From the IMG/VR virus record IMGVR_UViG_3300042542_004122, positions 8,162 through 72,161 of that record: 64,000 nt of DNA. The stretch is one strand, 5' to 3'. Numbering within the stretch: position 1 is the first letter of the stretch; the number at the start of each line of letters is the position of its first letter. The stretch comes from a virus. Below the pieces are notes generated by a model. That model worked only from the letters and a program-made list of their open reading frames with translations. It had not been told where the DNA came from and ran no database searches. A program made the translations under genes and the position numbers. Shown piece by piece: positions 33,416 through 43,438 of this stretch.

Positions 33416-33979
33416 CTAGTTCCATGCTATTTTAATCTCGGCTTTCCATGCAGGTAGATAATCAACCCAGGAAGGGTGATATACAGTAACAGGAAATAAT
33501 TTTCTTAGCTCTATCAACTGTTCGTGAGTAGGATGCCAAGGTTTTGTATTTGGTTTCCACTTACCTACAGGCAGATGATCTGATTTAAGATAGTTACAAG
33601 TTGGACACGCTGCAACTACATTTAGCCAATCGTCTTTGCCGCCTTTTGACAGAGGCATAACGTGGTCTCTAGTAACAGTTTCCATTGAAAGTTTAGTATT
33701 GCAGTAAGCACAATGACCCCGGTCTCTATAAAGCAAAGAGCTTTTAGTTAGCACAGGTTTTTGCGTCCTTTTAACATATTCTTTGCGAATAATTATAGAA
33801 GGCCAATTTAACTTGATGTTTGGATTTGGAGTCTTAATAGGAGTGCCATAATCAGATACTACCGAACAGGTATCGGCAAAAAGTCTTATAACCGCCTGTT
33901 TAGCACTAATTACGTGAAGTGGTAGTACACTTATAGGAGTGTAGTCCGCATTAAGAACTAATGTTTTGAATTCTGTCAT
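33416..33979 (-). CDS. HNH endonuclease
   Basis: LVLNADY, RD..CAYC, T.DHV.P.SKGG...W.NVVAAC..CN. Confidence 0.9.
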   Translation of the reverse strand: MTEFKTLVLNADYTPISVLPLHVISAKQAVIRLFADTCSVVSDYGTPIKTPNPNIKLNWPSIIIRKEYVKRTQKPVLTKSSLLYRDRGHCAYCNTKLSMETVTRDHVMPLSKGGKDDWLNVVAACPTCNYLKSDHLPVGKWKPNTKPWHPTHEQLIELRKLFPVTVYHPSWVDYLPAWKAEIKIAWN

Positions 33980-34017
33980 TTTTTCTATCTTATACTATTT
34001 TAGAGTATGGGTCAAAT

Positions 34018-34047
34018 AAAAACAGAGGGAGATTACTCTCCCTCTGT
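34018..34047 (-). terminator. rho-independent terminator
   Basis: ACAGAGGGAGA-GTAA-TCTCCCTCTGT followed by T run. Confidence 0.75.
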
Positions 34048-34092
34048 CGTTAACCGAGCCAGTCCAGCTCTTCTTCTGTGTATGGCCACATT

Positions 34093-34485
34093 TTACTTAA
34101 TTGGAAGCTTGGTTACTTTCTCTGGATTACGAGAGAAGGTAATCTTTAGCATACCATCCTTAAGCGTGACTTCATCAACTAGAAATACTGGTGAAATTGG
34201 GAATACTGTCTTAAAGGCCTTTTTAGTTAGCCCCTGATGGACCCAACGTAGGGAATTTTCTGGATAAGCTGAAGAAGGCTGAGCTTCTACAGTTAGCCTA
34301 CCGTCTACGTATTCAACTGATAGGTCATCTTTGTTATATCCAGCAACTGCCATCTCTAAGATGTAGTTACCAGTCTTATCTTCCTTATATAGATTATAAG
34401 GTAAGAAGGTTTTGGCCGAAGCTAGGTAGTCAAGCTGACCAAAAAGTGCGTCTTCAATTTGACGAATAATATCAAGTGTAGTCAT
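34093..34485 (-). CDS. small heat-shock protein (Hsp20/IbpA-like)
   Basis: PYNL, YILEMAVAGY, LKDGMLKI. Confidence 0.9.
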   Translation of the reverse strand: MTTLDIIRQIEDALFGQLDYLASAKTFLPYNLYKEDKTGNYILEMAVAGYNKDDLSVEYVDGRLTVEAQPSSAYPENSLRWVHQGLTKKAFKTVFPISPVFLVDEVTLKDGMLKITFSRNPEKVTKLPIK

Positions 34486-34493
34486 GTTTTTTT

Positions 34494-34540
34494 ATCTCCT
34501 TAAAAGCAAGATTTTATACGTCCCAAATGGCAACGTATAG
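34494..34540 (-). promoter_or_regulatory. ROSE-like RNA thermometer
   Basis: Hairpin TATACGT...ACGTATA, then ATCTTGCT-TTTA-AGGAGAT pairing UUGCU with the SD. Confidence 0.65.
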
Positions 34541-34581
34541 ATATATGTTAAGCTATCTTATGGGTAACTAGCAAATAAAAA

Positions 34582-34854
34582 TTATTCGCAAAGTTCTACA
34601 AGAGACAAGATAGCTTCGTTTTTCTCTTCTAGCTCATCTTTGTTACGCTTAAATACCGCAACAGCAGTTGCACGAGTAAGACCTGACGCAAGTCCATACT
34701 CTGTCTTGAGATACGACTGTATATCTTTGATTACATCTCTAGATGATTCAATGAGCACTAGCTGATCTACTATCTGGTTAATCTTAACCTTAAAGTCTTG
34801 TGGATCAAGGGCCTTAGGTTCTGGCTTCTTTTTCTTTTCTGTATTCTCAGTCAT
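34582..34854 (-). CDS. T4 DsbA-like dsDNA-binding protein (putative)
   Basis: 90-aa helical pattern I..SRDVIKDI...LKTEYGL. Confidence 0.55.
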   Translation of the reverse strand: MTENTEKKKKPEPKALDPQDFKVKINQIVDQLVLIESSRDVIKDIQSYLKTEYGLASGLTRATAVAVFKRNKDELEEKNEAILSLVELCE

Positions 34855-35197
34855 TTTTTATAATTTTAAATCCTTTTCTTGTTTCTTTAGGCGGACGTCT
34901 GATTACTCGCTCCGCTTCTAGCTTGGTTAGGATAGTATTAAATACTATCTTAGCATTTTGTAAAGGCTCAACATCTCTAACGTCGTGTAAGGCCTTTATG
35001 ACCATATGTTGAGCTGTAGTGATATTTGCACTACCAATTTTACTTAGCCCATCTTCTCTTGGAGAAACTAGTTCCCAAGTAAAACACTCATAGATAGCTT
35101 GCCCGTCGTTTTCAATTACATCAACAGGTTCTGATATCAGAAGCTCTTTGACAAGAGGTAGTAGCTTATCTATTATTGTTGAATGGCTGGAGACCAC
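34847..35197 (-). CDS. hypothetical protein
   Basis: 116-aa ORF. Confidence 0.6.
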   Translation of the reverse strand: MVSSHSTIIDKLLPLVKELLISEPVDVIENDGQAIYECFTWELVSPREDGLSKIGSANITTAQHMVIKALHDVRDVEPLQNAKIVFNTILTKLEAERVIRRPPKETRKGFKIIKND

Positions 35198-36006
35198 CAG
35201 GTTGTTCTTCCATCATCCAGATTGATTTTTTCTACTGGATTTCCGTATGGGTCTTGTTTTTGGCTATAGACCATAACTCCTAGTCTAGCTTTCATCATCT
35301 CATCTGGCTTACTAGGAAATTGGATGTATGTGCCATGATTAGCGTATAGATCGCTATAGTTTCGTATGGTAGCGCCGCCCATCTCATAACTATTTCTGAG
35401 CACTTGTTTGACACTGTGATACAATCTTGAAAGTTCATCTTCGTTACAGTCCTTTACTTTTTTAGATGGATTAAGTTTTGCTAAAAATAGGCTTTCGCTT
35501 TTATAGATATTACCTACTCCGGCAATGGCTTTTTGTTCCATTAGGAAGCTAACTAATGTCTTAGCTTGATTTCTTTTACATATTTCTAGCCATATAGATA
35601 AACTAGGAGGATTATTTAACATATCTGGCCCTAGTTCTTGTAACTTCTTATTCAGTTCTTTTTCTGAAAAGATTATTTTGAGAGTACCAAAATTACGCAT
35701 ATCGCAATAGAATACGCTAGTACCATCACTGAAATTGAATCTAACTCGAGCATATTTATTTGGCTCCGTTTTATAGCTACCAGTCATGCCTAAAGTAGAA
35801 AATATCCAGCTAGATTCTAGTGTCCACCAGATAAATTTACCGTGACATTGAACTGATTTAACCTGCTCAGATTTAAACTTATCTAAACCTACAATAGGAG
35901 ATTTAGTGTATCTACCTGATACAGGGCTAATTATTTCTAAAGTTTTTCTTTGAACTACAGAATTAAGTTGTGTAGTTACATGAAGTACTTCAGGACCTTC
36001 TGGCAC
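35173..36006 (-). CDS. mutM: Fpg/Nei DNA glycosylase (zincless)
   Basis: PEGPEV, HGKF, LGMTG, DMRNFG, LGPD, GVGNIYKSESLF; GRTTWW without the Cys finger. Confidence 0.9.
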   Translation of the reverse strand: MPEGPEVLHVTTQLNSVVQRKTLEIISPVSGRYTKSPIVGLDKFKSEQVKSVQCHGKFIWWTLESSWIFSTLGMTGSYKTEPNKYARVRFNFSDGTSVFYCDMRNFGTLKIIFSEKELNKKLQELGPDMLNNPPSLSIWLEICKRNQAKTLVSFLMEQKAIAGVGNIYKSESLFLAKLNPSKKVKDCNEDELSRLYHSVKQVLRNSYEMGGATIRNYSDLYANHGTYIQFPSKPDEMMKARLGVMVYSQKQDPYGNPVEKINLDDGRTTWWSPAIQQ

Positions 36007-36283
36007 TTTTTTTACCTTTCTTTTTATTTAAAAGATCTACTTTATGTTTAGCGTAATCTAATTCGCTTAGAGTTTGACAGATTGCATTAACTGTCTTTAA
36101 AAACTCTATGTAGTTAATACCAGAATCCTGATGAAAAGCTATAGTCATAAAATGAGTTTGAGTATAGTAATCTTTTCTTTTATAGAAATGAACAAATCCA
36201 TTGTCATCTCTAATCCAAGTATATCTACTATCTACGTGTTTTACATCAGAAGCAATCTTATCGAAGTTATAAGGCTCAGTCAT
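35990..36283 (-). CDS. hypothetical protein
   Basis: 97-aa ORF. Confidence 0.6.
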   Translation of the reverse strand: MTEPYNFDKIASDVKHVDSRYTWIRDDNGFVHFYKRKDYYTQTHFMTIAFHQDSGINYIEFLKTVNAICQTLSELDYAKHKVDLLNKKKGKKSARRS

Positions 36284-36331
36284 TTTTTTCTACTGAGTAA
36301 TTTATAGCTGAAAATTAACCATTTTACCAGT

Positions 36332-36652
36332 TCAATTTACTGGATTCTGGAGCGCAAGATATTCACTAAGAGACAATTCAAAATTAAGAGGCTGCGGTCT
36401 AGTTGGTACTACATCTACACCCCAGAAATCTTCTTGATACTCTTTGTTGTAATAATAGCTACTTTCAATAGAATTAAGTGTATCGCAAGCGCGTTTAACT
36501 GCTCTATTATAATTTGCTACATCAATAGGATTAACAGCCCTTGAACGAGCGCTATCAAACCATTTCATAGCCTCATTAGGATTCCAACGGCACATATTAG
36601 CTGCATCATTAACTAGACGAGCAAATGGCATATCAAGTCCGATAATTCTCAT
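36332..36652 (-). CDS. hypothetical protein
   Basis: 106-aa ORF with AAGGA RBS. Confidence 0.7.
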   Translation of the reverse strand: MRIIGLDMPFARLVNDAANMCRWNPNEAMKWFDSARSRAVNPIDVANYNRAVKRACDTLNSIESSYYYNKEYQEDFWGVDVVPTRPQPLNFELSLSEYLALQNPVN

Positions 36653-36852
36653 TATTTAGTTTCCTTCATTTTCTTTAAGAGTTTTTGTTCTTTTTTCTTT
36701 AGATAGTCCATATATACCCTTTTAATAAACAGGGCTCCAACAAACTCTCCAGACTGTTGTTTAATAAGTTCATACTCATCTAATACTTGAGTTTGACCGT
36801 GAACATCGGCCATAGTTTTAAAAAATTGTTTACCTTCTGTATAATAGCTCAT
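36652..36852 (-). CDS. hypothetical protein (leaderless)
   Basis: ATG 6 nt after TATAAT. Confidence 0.65.
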   Translation of the reverse strand: MSYYTEGKQFFKTMADVHGQTQVLDEYELIKQQSGEFVGALFIKRVYMDYLKKKEQKLLKKMKETK

Positions 36853-36858
36853 TCTATT

Positions 36859-36953
36859 ATTATAGAGTGTTTTTTAGTCTTTAGCAATAAAAAAATAAGA
36901 GATAATGGTCAAATAAAGAAATTATTTGACATTTTAAACTATTATGTTATAGT
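36859..36953. promoter_or_regulatory. divergent promoters at the strand switch
   Basis: Minus strand TTGCTA-N17-TATAAT (36859-36887); plus strand TTGACA...TATAGT (about 36926-36953). Confidence 0.65.
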
Positions 36954-37125
36954 AATTTAATGTATGCAACCCCTCAGGAACTAAAAGCCCAGGTTAGGGA
37001 TCTTAGGTCAGAAATCATAGCCGTATCTAAAGAGTTAGGCGGAGAGATTCAATACTTAAATCATCGTATTAATGAACTCCATTCTATAATAGAAGCCCAG
37101 GCGGAGGCAATTAGGAAATTGAATA

Positions 37126-37401
37126 ATGTATAATAAGTTGTACGGATTCTATCACAACGATACTCTTTTAGAGTATTTGAATGCTAGATTCAGCGAGTTA
37201 TCTGCTGTTACAAAAAATCTTGAGTATATTACCTTAGATGAAACATCTGATAAAGCTCAACTATGGGGTGTTAACGTATTTCCTACGATAATACTTAGTA
37301 AGCATGATCTTATGGGACCAATTTTACAAGGCGCATACCCAGGACATACATTATTACAGTGGTTGCAAAAGTATAACGTAGAAGTGAGTAAAGATAATTA
37401 A
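37126..37401 (+). CDS. thioredoxin-fold-like protein without CxxC
   Basis: AQLWGVNVFPTIIL motif. Confidence 0.5.
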   Translation: MYNKLYGFYHNDTLLEYLNARFSELSAVTKNLEYITLDETSDKAQLWGVNVFPTIILSKHDLMGPILQGAYPGHTLLQWLQKYNVEVSKDN

Positions 37402-37670
37402 TGAAACTATTTGTTAAACATAACGACGTAACCAAAGCGTATAAGATTTTAACTAAAAAATTAAACGATGAAGGTATTTTTAAGACTTTAAAATCTAAGG
37501 AACATTATCTTAGTAAGAGTCAGAAAATACGTGCTAAAAAGAAAATAGCCCTATCTAGGTTCAGAAAAGAACAGAAAAAGAAAAGAATGATAGAGGCTAG
37601 GCAAGAAGAGAAGTTTTTACTTTACTCTAAAAAATCAGGTAACTTTCAGCAGCCTAGAAGATACTCTTAA
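37401..37670 (+). CDS. rpsU: ribosomal protein bS21 homologue
   Basis: VKHNDVTKAYKILTKK...GIFKTLKSKEHYLSKSQKIR; basic. Confidence 0.75.
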   Translation: MKLFVKHNDVTKAYKILTKKLNDEGIFKTLKSKEHYLSKSQKIRAKKKIALSRFRKEQKKKRMIEARQEEKFLLYSKKSGNFQQPRRYS

Positions 37671-37714
37671 AAATACAAGTTGTCTCATACTTATATATTT
37701 CATATAATACATAT

Positions 37715-37978
37715 ATGAAAGCATATAAAGGAAAGTTTACAAAAAAAGACGGATCTGAGCGAAAAATGGTTTTTGCAAAGATCCTAGACATTACTAAAGT
37801 TAATGACGAGTTTATCGCAGCAAAGATCGTAGGAGATGGTAGATCCAGAAACTATGGACCCGGACAAGAACTTGTTTGGGATTTAGAGGCTGATGATTTT
37901 AGAATATTTAACTGGGAAAAAGCCGTAGAAATAGAAGAAATAACTATTTCTAAAAGTATTTTTGAAGGAGTTAAATGA
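37715..37978 (+). CDS. SH3/WYL-like hypothetical protein
   Basis: FTKKDGSERKM...VWDLEADDFRIFNW; leaderless promoter. Confidence 0.7.
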   Translation: MKAYKGKFTKKDGSERKMVFAKILDITKVNDEFIAAKIVGDGRSRNYGPGQELVWDLEADDFRIFNWEKAVEIEEITISKSIFEGVK

Positions 37979-38125
37979 CTGACGTCGATATTGTTTTAGC
38001 ACAAGCAAGAAGATTATATCATCATTATACTAATTTAGAATCTCCTAATAGACAATTCTCTAGAGTAGCTGATGATTTTGGTTCGATAGTAGAAAATTTA
38101 GAATACATTCAATCAAAATTACATA

Positions 38126-38311
38126 GTGTTTCAACTAAAACATAACTACTTTAAAGGTCAAGTCGTAGAATTTAGTTATAATTACTGGTCCATCTATAAT
38201 GAGGCTGGTAAGCTAATTCTGACTACTAAAGATAAAAAATATGCTGAGGCTAAATTGCAACAACTAAATAAGGCTTTAGCAGACAAGATCTCGTTGATAG
38301 CAGCGAAATAA
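38126..38311 (+). CDS. hypothetical protein
   Basis: 61-aa ORF; 3' end overlaps the tmRNA acceptor piece. Confidence 0.4.
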   Translation: MFQLKHNYFKGQVVEFSYNYWSIYNEAGKLILTTKDKKYAEAKLQQLNKALADKISLIAAK

Positions 38312-38556
38312 GCATACTGGACACGGGGGCAGTGCCCGTCATCTCCACCATAAATATGTCGATTAGTAAACATTGACATATTTATAATGGGGATGAATTA
38401 GGATCGACAGGTGTGTAAAGGTTGAAGTAGAGATAGGTGCGCGAGCGACCTCTAATCGCAAGAAATCAATAAATGCTAACGATAATAGCATCGAAGAGAT
38501 CCGCCTAGCGGCATAACTTCTGCGGTATGGGCTCCACCGTATTACCCAACGGGCCT
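38270..38556 (+). ncRNA. ssrA: circularly permuted two-piece tmRNA
   Basis: Acceptor piece ends ...GACACGGGGGCAGTGCCCGTCATCTCCACCA at 38350; hairpin spacer; coding piece starts GGGGATGAATTAGGATCGAC at 38389; tag ANDNSIEEIRLAA* at 38475-38516. Outer ends approximate. Confidence 0.9.
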
Positions 38557-38578
38557 ATTCCTTTTAGAAAGATTTTTA

Positions 38579-39289
38579 ATGTTTATTTATTGGAGAGTAT
38601 GCGAATTACAAAAATCTATTAGCTACGTTAATAGATGGAAAAACTATAACAAAACAGACATCTTAAAAAGATGCTGGTTATCAGTTCAGAGTAGCGTATC
38701 TCCAGACGATCAAATCTATCTAATAGAAGATAATGTAACCCATGAGACTTTAACTTGGTTAAGAGAGACGTGCAAAGCAAAGCTAAGTATCATACACGTA
38801 CCAGAACATGCATGGGAATATCATCAACATACAGTAACCTTGATAGATACGCTAGAATCCTCTGTTAAACAGTATGAGCAAGATGTTCATCTTATTTTAG
38901 AAGATGATTATCTGTTTACTCCAAACGGATTAAATACTTTTAAGTTGTCCGCTGAAAATTGGAATCAAGGATTTATAGCTCCTTACGACTATATTGATAG
39001 ATATAAAGAAATAAAACCCACTCAAGTTCTTTTAGGCCCAGATAGACATTGGCGTACAGTAGATAGTATTACTATGACTGTAGCAGCCAAAGGTTTTATC
39101 TGGGTTAAGTATTTAAAAGACTTAAAAGATGCAGCTCCTACCAGCAATGATAAAGTCTTCGATAAGATTTTATCTGAAGTGCCATGTATCTCTCCAATGC
39201 CTTCTTTATGCAGTCATCTTACCGAACATCATAATAGTCCTTACATGGATATAGAAAATATCTGGAAATATTACGAGAACAATCTATGA
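38579..39289 (+). CDS. GT-A fold glycosyltransferase
   Basis: LILEDDYL DxD-type motif. Confidence 0.75.
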   Translation: MFIYWRVCELQKSISYVNRWKNYNKTDILKRCWLSVQSSVSPDDQIYLIEDNVTHETLTWLRETCKAKLSIIHVPEHAWEYHQHTVTLIDTLESSVKQYEQDVHLILEDDYLFTPNGLNTFKLSAENWNQGFIAPYDYIDRYKEIKPTQVLLGPDRHWRTVDSITMTVAAKGFIWVKYLKDLKDAAPTSNDKVFDKILSEVPCISPMPSLCSHLTEHHNSPYMDIENIWKYYENNL

Positions 39290-40290
39290 AGATATATATA
39301 ACAGGAATAGCAGGATTTTTAGGCAGTCACTTAGCTAAGAGATTTTTAATGAAAGGCCACAAGGTATCTGGATGTGATACCCTTATAGGTGGTTATTTAG
39401 ATAATTGTCCGCAACCAGCAGATTTTAAACAGATAGATATTTTAAACTATGAAGCTCTTGTAGAGCATATGAAAGATTCAGACATAGTTATTCACACTGC
39501 TGCTCTTGCTTATGAGGGTCTATCTGTATTTAGTCCTAAACTTGTTACAGAGAACATCTACGCAGGAACTATGAGTGTTGCTACAGCAGCTATAGCTTCT
39601 AAAGCTAAACTATTATTGAACTGTAGTTCAATGGCTAGGTATGGTTTAATAGAAACTCCGTTTACAGAAAAGTCTGTATGCAATCCTATTGATCCATATG
39701 GGTTAGCTAAGTATCAAGCCGAACAAGCTATCAATTTACTTAGTGATATTCATGGCATTAAAGTAGTTCATGTGGTTCCTCATAATATAATAGGAACTCA
39801 TCAAAAATATGATGATCCGTATAGAAATGTAGTGTCTATCTTTATTAATTCGTTGCTGCAAAGCAATAAGCTCATTATATATGGAGACGGATTACAGAAA
39901 AGAAGTTTCAGTCCTGTTGTAGATTGTATAAATGCGATTATTAGAATAATCGAAAAAGAAGATATTCCAAATAAAGAAATCTTTAATATAGGACCCGAGG
40001 GCAACGAGATTACTATTAAAGACTTAGCCTATAAAGTAGCACATCTATGTGGTATTTATCCAAGTATTCAATACCTTGCTGATAGACCGCAAGAAGTAAA
40101 AAACGCATGGTGTAGTAGTGAAAAAGCTAGAATAGAGCTAAACTATGCGCCCAACACAAGTATGAACGATACCATTCAAGAAATGGTATCATGGATTCGC
40201 GGAAAGGGCGCTAAACCTTTCGATTACAAACTACCTTTAGAGATTATAAACGAGAAAACACCTAGGACATGGGTAGAAAAACTATATTAA
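39286..40290 (+). CDS. NAD-dependent epimerase/dehydratase
   Basis: ITGIAGFLG, SSMARYG, YGLAK, GDGLQKRSF. Confidence 0.92.
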   Translation: MKIYITGIAGFLGSHLAKRFLMKGHKVSGCDTLIGGYLDNCPQPADFKQIDILNYEALVEHMKDSDIVIHTAALAYEGLSVFSPKLVTENIYAGTMSVATAAIASKAKLLLNCSSMARYGLIETPFTEKSVCNPIDPYGLAKYQAEQAINLLSDIHGIKVVHVVPHNIIGTHQKYDDPYRNVVSIFINSLLQSNKLIIYGDGLQKRSFSPVVDCINAIIRIIEKEDIPNKEIFNIGPEGNEITIKDLAYKVAHLCGIYPSIQYLADRPQEVKNAWCSSEKARIELNYAPNTSMNDTIQEMVSWIRGKGAKPFDYKLPLEIINEKTPRTWVEKLY

Positions 40291-41237
40291 TATTCAACTC
40301 CCAAGCAACGGGAGATTGTCTAATAGGCACTCATGCCGCTAGGTTTATAAAACAGGCGTATCCAGATTCTCATATAATTTTTTGTGTAAGACAGAATTTG
40401 ACACTTACTACAGCTGAAAATAATAAAAACGGTATCTTTGAAGTTTTAGAAATATTGGAACTTCAAGAACATATAGATGACGTTGGTTTTATTGATTTTC
40501 AAGGTAATGTTAATACTAAAAATAATTCTCTTACCAGTTCTCCAGATATTATATATCAACAACACGGATGGTTTTCTGATTTAGGCGTCGTAAAAAGCGC
40601 ACTTACTGAGATAGCAGAAGAAATTGGTTGGAATAATATTCACACAGAAACTAAGTTCTCCGTTGGAGAAGAAGCACACAAATACAGTCAATTTACTGTA
40701 GCTACTGCTGGTCCTCTAGATTGGAATAGAAAACTAAATAAAAATCTAGACTACGGCAAAATATTTAATTACTTAAGGTCTCTAATACCTGACGTGCGTA
40801 TAATACCGCTTGGTAGAGATGTTAGTGATTCTAGCTATTTAACCTCTCTTAGAGAGTTGAATAAATGTCATATGTATTTAGGACCTATGGGTTCTATGAC
40901 AGCTATGGCAGCAGGTCTAGGAATAGATACTATAAATATATGTAGTGTTTTTCCACCTACATTTGATTCTCCAGAGTTTTATCATAGCGGAAATCATCAC
41001 AGCGTAACTGCAAAAGAAGATAAACATTGCGGAACTTATGCATGTATTAAACCTGCCTTTTATAAAAAAGAATATAGTAAGACCAAGATAGGTAATCCAG
41101 AAACTGAATATCCTTTTTGGACTAACACTTGTGGATACCGAGAAGATAAAAAATCTTGTGTAATAAATATAACAGAAGACGATATTATAGAAAAGATTGA
41201 TAAATGGTTCAAACAGTTACATTCGAAGATCAAATAG
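40269..41237 (+). CDS. GT9-like glycosyltransferase
   Basis: GDCL...IKQAYPD; C-terminal C...ITEDDI typical of heptosyltransferase-like enzymes. Confidence 0.65.
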   Translation: MGRKTILIFNSQATGDCLIGTHAARFIKQAYPDSHIIFCVRQNLTLTTAENNKNGIFEVLEILELQEHIDDVGFIDFQGNVNTKNNSLTSSPDIIYQQHGWFSDLGVVKSALTEIAEEIGWNNIHTETKFSVGEEAHKYSQFTVATAGPLDWNRKLNKNLDYGKIFNYLRSLIPDVRIIPLGRDVSDSSYLTSLRELNKCHMYLGPMGSMTAMAAGLGIDTINICSVFPPTFDSPEFYHSGNHHSVTAKEDKHCGTYACIKPAFYKKEYSKTKIGNPETEYPFWTNTCGYREDKKSCVINITEDDIIEKIDKWFKQLHSKIK

Positions 41238-41713
41238 TTCCAGAGTATATTACAAAAGGTAATCATACCAGATTCATAGAGCCTTTAGCTTTAGAAGTAT
41301 GTAAAGGTCACGGGTTAGATATAGGTTGTAATAGAGTAGAGTGGGCCTTAAAAGGCGCAGTGCCTATAGATCCAGTCATAGATCCTAATAGCCATGCGCT
41401 CTCATTACCTTTAAGATATGGCGGATGGAATTATATTTATAGTTCACATTGTCTAGAGCATATTCCTGACTACATGGAAGTCTTACGTTTTTGGACTGCA
41501 TGCCTAGCTCCGAAAGGAACTCTATTTTTATATTTACCACATCCAGATTGTAAATATTGGAGACCTTGGAAAATGCCTACTCGTAAACATTTACATCAGT
41601 TCTACCCAGAACAAATTCATGACGTTTTAAGCAGTCTTGGATATAAAAACATATTTGTAAGTGGTAGAGATTTGGCTTTTAGTTTTGCAGCATTTGGAGA
41701 AAAAAGTGAATAA
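41204..41713 (+). CDS. class I SAM methyltransferase
   Basis: GLDIGC, YSSHCLEH, LAPKG.LFLYLP. Confidence 0.85.
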   Translation: MVQTVTFEDQIVPEYITKGNHTRFIEPLALEVCKGHGLDIGCNRVEWALKGAVPIDPVIDPNSHALSLPLRYGGWNYIYSSHCLEHIPDYMEVLRFWTACLAPKGTLFLYLPHPDCKYWRPWKMPTRKHLHQFYPEQIHDVLSSLGYKNIFVSGRDLAFSFAAFGEKSE

Positions 41714-42458
41714 GGTATCTATTATAACTCCATATCTTTTTGAAGAAGAAATCAGCCACCTTAAACAAGCATCTGTTTTCTTAGATGCCGAGTTTATTTT
41801 CGAAGAAGATACTGCCAGAATAGGCTGCGATCTCATGTATCAAAAATTATGGAAAAAGGCAAATCCTAATGACGTAATTATTTTACACTCTGATATGGAT
41901 TTTTACAATGGTATTGAAAACTGGTTTAATGACTTATTAAAGTATGTTAATAAATACCCAGAAGCAGGAATGTTTGGTTGTAAACTACTATACCCTTTAA
42001 AAAATAAGAATAACCAACCACTTATTCAATGTGCTGGTGGAAAATTTTTAGAGGACGGCGCTCCAGATCATTTTGGTTCTGGTATAGATGTATTTTCTCA
42101 AAAAACATTTAAAGACGTTGAACCTGATTTAGGTCAATATGATTACGTTAGGGAAGTAGCTTGGACTACTTTTGGTGGGATATACATTCGCAGACAGCTA
42201 TTAGATCAAGTCGGAGATTTTGATCCTAGCTTTGAGTGGACATATAAAAGAGACGTTGATTATTGTTTGATGGCTAGAGATAAAGGTTGGAAGATATACC
42301 AGGTGCCTGTCCCTCTATACCATTTTGAAAGTAAAGATGTAAAGAGAATTAGGACTCAATCAAATGCAGATGCTGAGACTAGAAATATGCAAAGGCTATT
42401 AAACAAATGGAAAGGTTCAGAGTTGTATAAAACTCTCGACATTAAAATTAATGACTAA
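41661..42458 (+). CDS. GT2 glycosyltransferase (start probably GTG near 41706)
   Basis: ILHSD, GCKLLYP, VGDFD, DVDYCL...GW. Confidence 0.85.
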   Translation: MVEIWLLVLQHLEKKVNKVSIITPYLFEEEISHLKQASVFLDAEFIFEEDTARIGCDLMYQKLWKKANPNDVIILHSDMDFYNGIENWFNDLLKYVNKYPEAGMFGCKLLYPLKNKNNQPLIQCAGGKFLEDGAPDHFGSGIDVFSQKTFKDVEPDLGQYDYVREVAWTTFGGIYIRRQLLDQVGDFDPSFEWTYKRDVDYCLMARDKGWKIYQVPVPLYHFESKDVKRIRTQSNADAETRNMQRLLNKWKGSELYKTLDIKIND

Positions 42459-42711
42459 GTATATTAAAAAAGAAGAATTTGAAAAAACACTAGAAACTAC
42501 TATTGGCAAGTCTAATAAACAAGAGTCAATAATACTAGAAGCATATACTGGTTGGTTATGTGGATGGGTGCTGGCTATTTTTTCTATAGCATTCCTCTTA
42601 GCATTCGTATTATTATGCATATTACCTTTAGTTTTAGTCTTTGGACCAATTATATTACTAGAGTTATGGATTACAGGAGCACTTACCCGTGAACGAAGAA
42701 AAAACAAATAA
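42451..42711 (+). CDS. small membrane protein
   Basis: Long hydrophobic stretch. Confidence 0.6.
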   Translation: MTKYIKKEEFEKTLETTIGKSNKQESIILEAYTGWLCGWVLAIFSIAFLLAFVLLCILPLVLVFGPIILLELWITGALTRERRKNK

Positions 42712-43438
42712 ATTAATAGAATTAGCTACTAAGTCATACGAAAACTCCCAGAGAAATCTTTCAAAAATTGCTAATGACTGGAGAGTAATGGATCAATACT
42801 CAGTGTCTTCAAAGAAATTTAAAAATCTTTTAAGCAATCTGTGTAGCCTAGAAAATTGTTGTTATCTTGAATTAGGATGTTTTAGAGGCGGTACTTTAAC
42901 CGCTGCACTAATGCAAAATAAACTTTTAGCAGCTTATGCAGTAGATAACTTTACCTATAACCCGTTAGGCCAACATAAAGATCCAGAAACAGGAAAGATA
43001 TCTTCTTATAACCCTGACGGATGGCCTAATGTTAAATTGAACCTAATTGAAAATCTGGAAAAACTAAGTCTAGATAAATCAGTAAAAGTATTTATGGGAG
43101 ACTGGGATAAAATATCTCCTACATTTATTAAACATAAGCTTAACATTATACATTTAGATATACCACATAAAACTAACGATATTTTAAATTTTTATGATAA
43201 TAAGTTTGATGATGTATTTATATTAGTCGTAACTAACTATAACGAAAGAGAAATAAGAGAAGACGTAGACAAGTATATCTCTGATAAAAAATATGAGGTA
43301 AAGCACAAAATAACCACATACAGTGCTTCTAATGCAGACACCGAAGGATGGTGGAATGGCGTAAGCGTTATGGTAATTCAAAAACAAAATGAGGTTTTAA
43401 ATGAGAAAAAAGTCAGTAATCAGCCTAATCAGTTATGA
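42689..43438 (+). CDS. class I SAM methyltransferase-like protein
   Basis: YLELGCFRGGT, AVDNF, WWNG. Confidence 0.75.
   Translation: MNEEKTNKLIELATKSYENSQRNLSKIANDWRVMDQYSVSSKKFKNLLSNLCSLENCCYLELGCFRGGTLTAALMQNKLLAAYAVDNFTYNPLGQHKDPETGKISSYNPDGWPNVKLNLIENLEKLSLDKSVKVFMGDWDKISPTFIKHKLNIIHLDIPHKTNDILNFYDNKFDDVFILVVTNYNEREIREDVDKYISDKKYEVKHKITTYSASNADTEGWWNGVSVMVIQKQNEVLNEKKVSNQPNQL

Noticed and set aside
31993-33979. MT-A70 MTase + HNH as a restriction-modification pair
   Set aside because: The genes are not adjacent and both are common standalone phage genes; nothing in the sequence links them.
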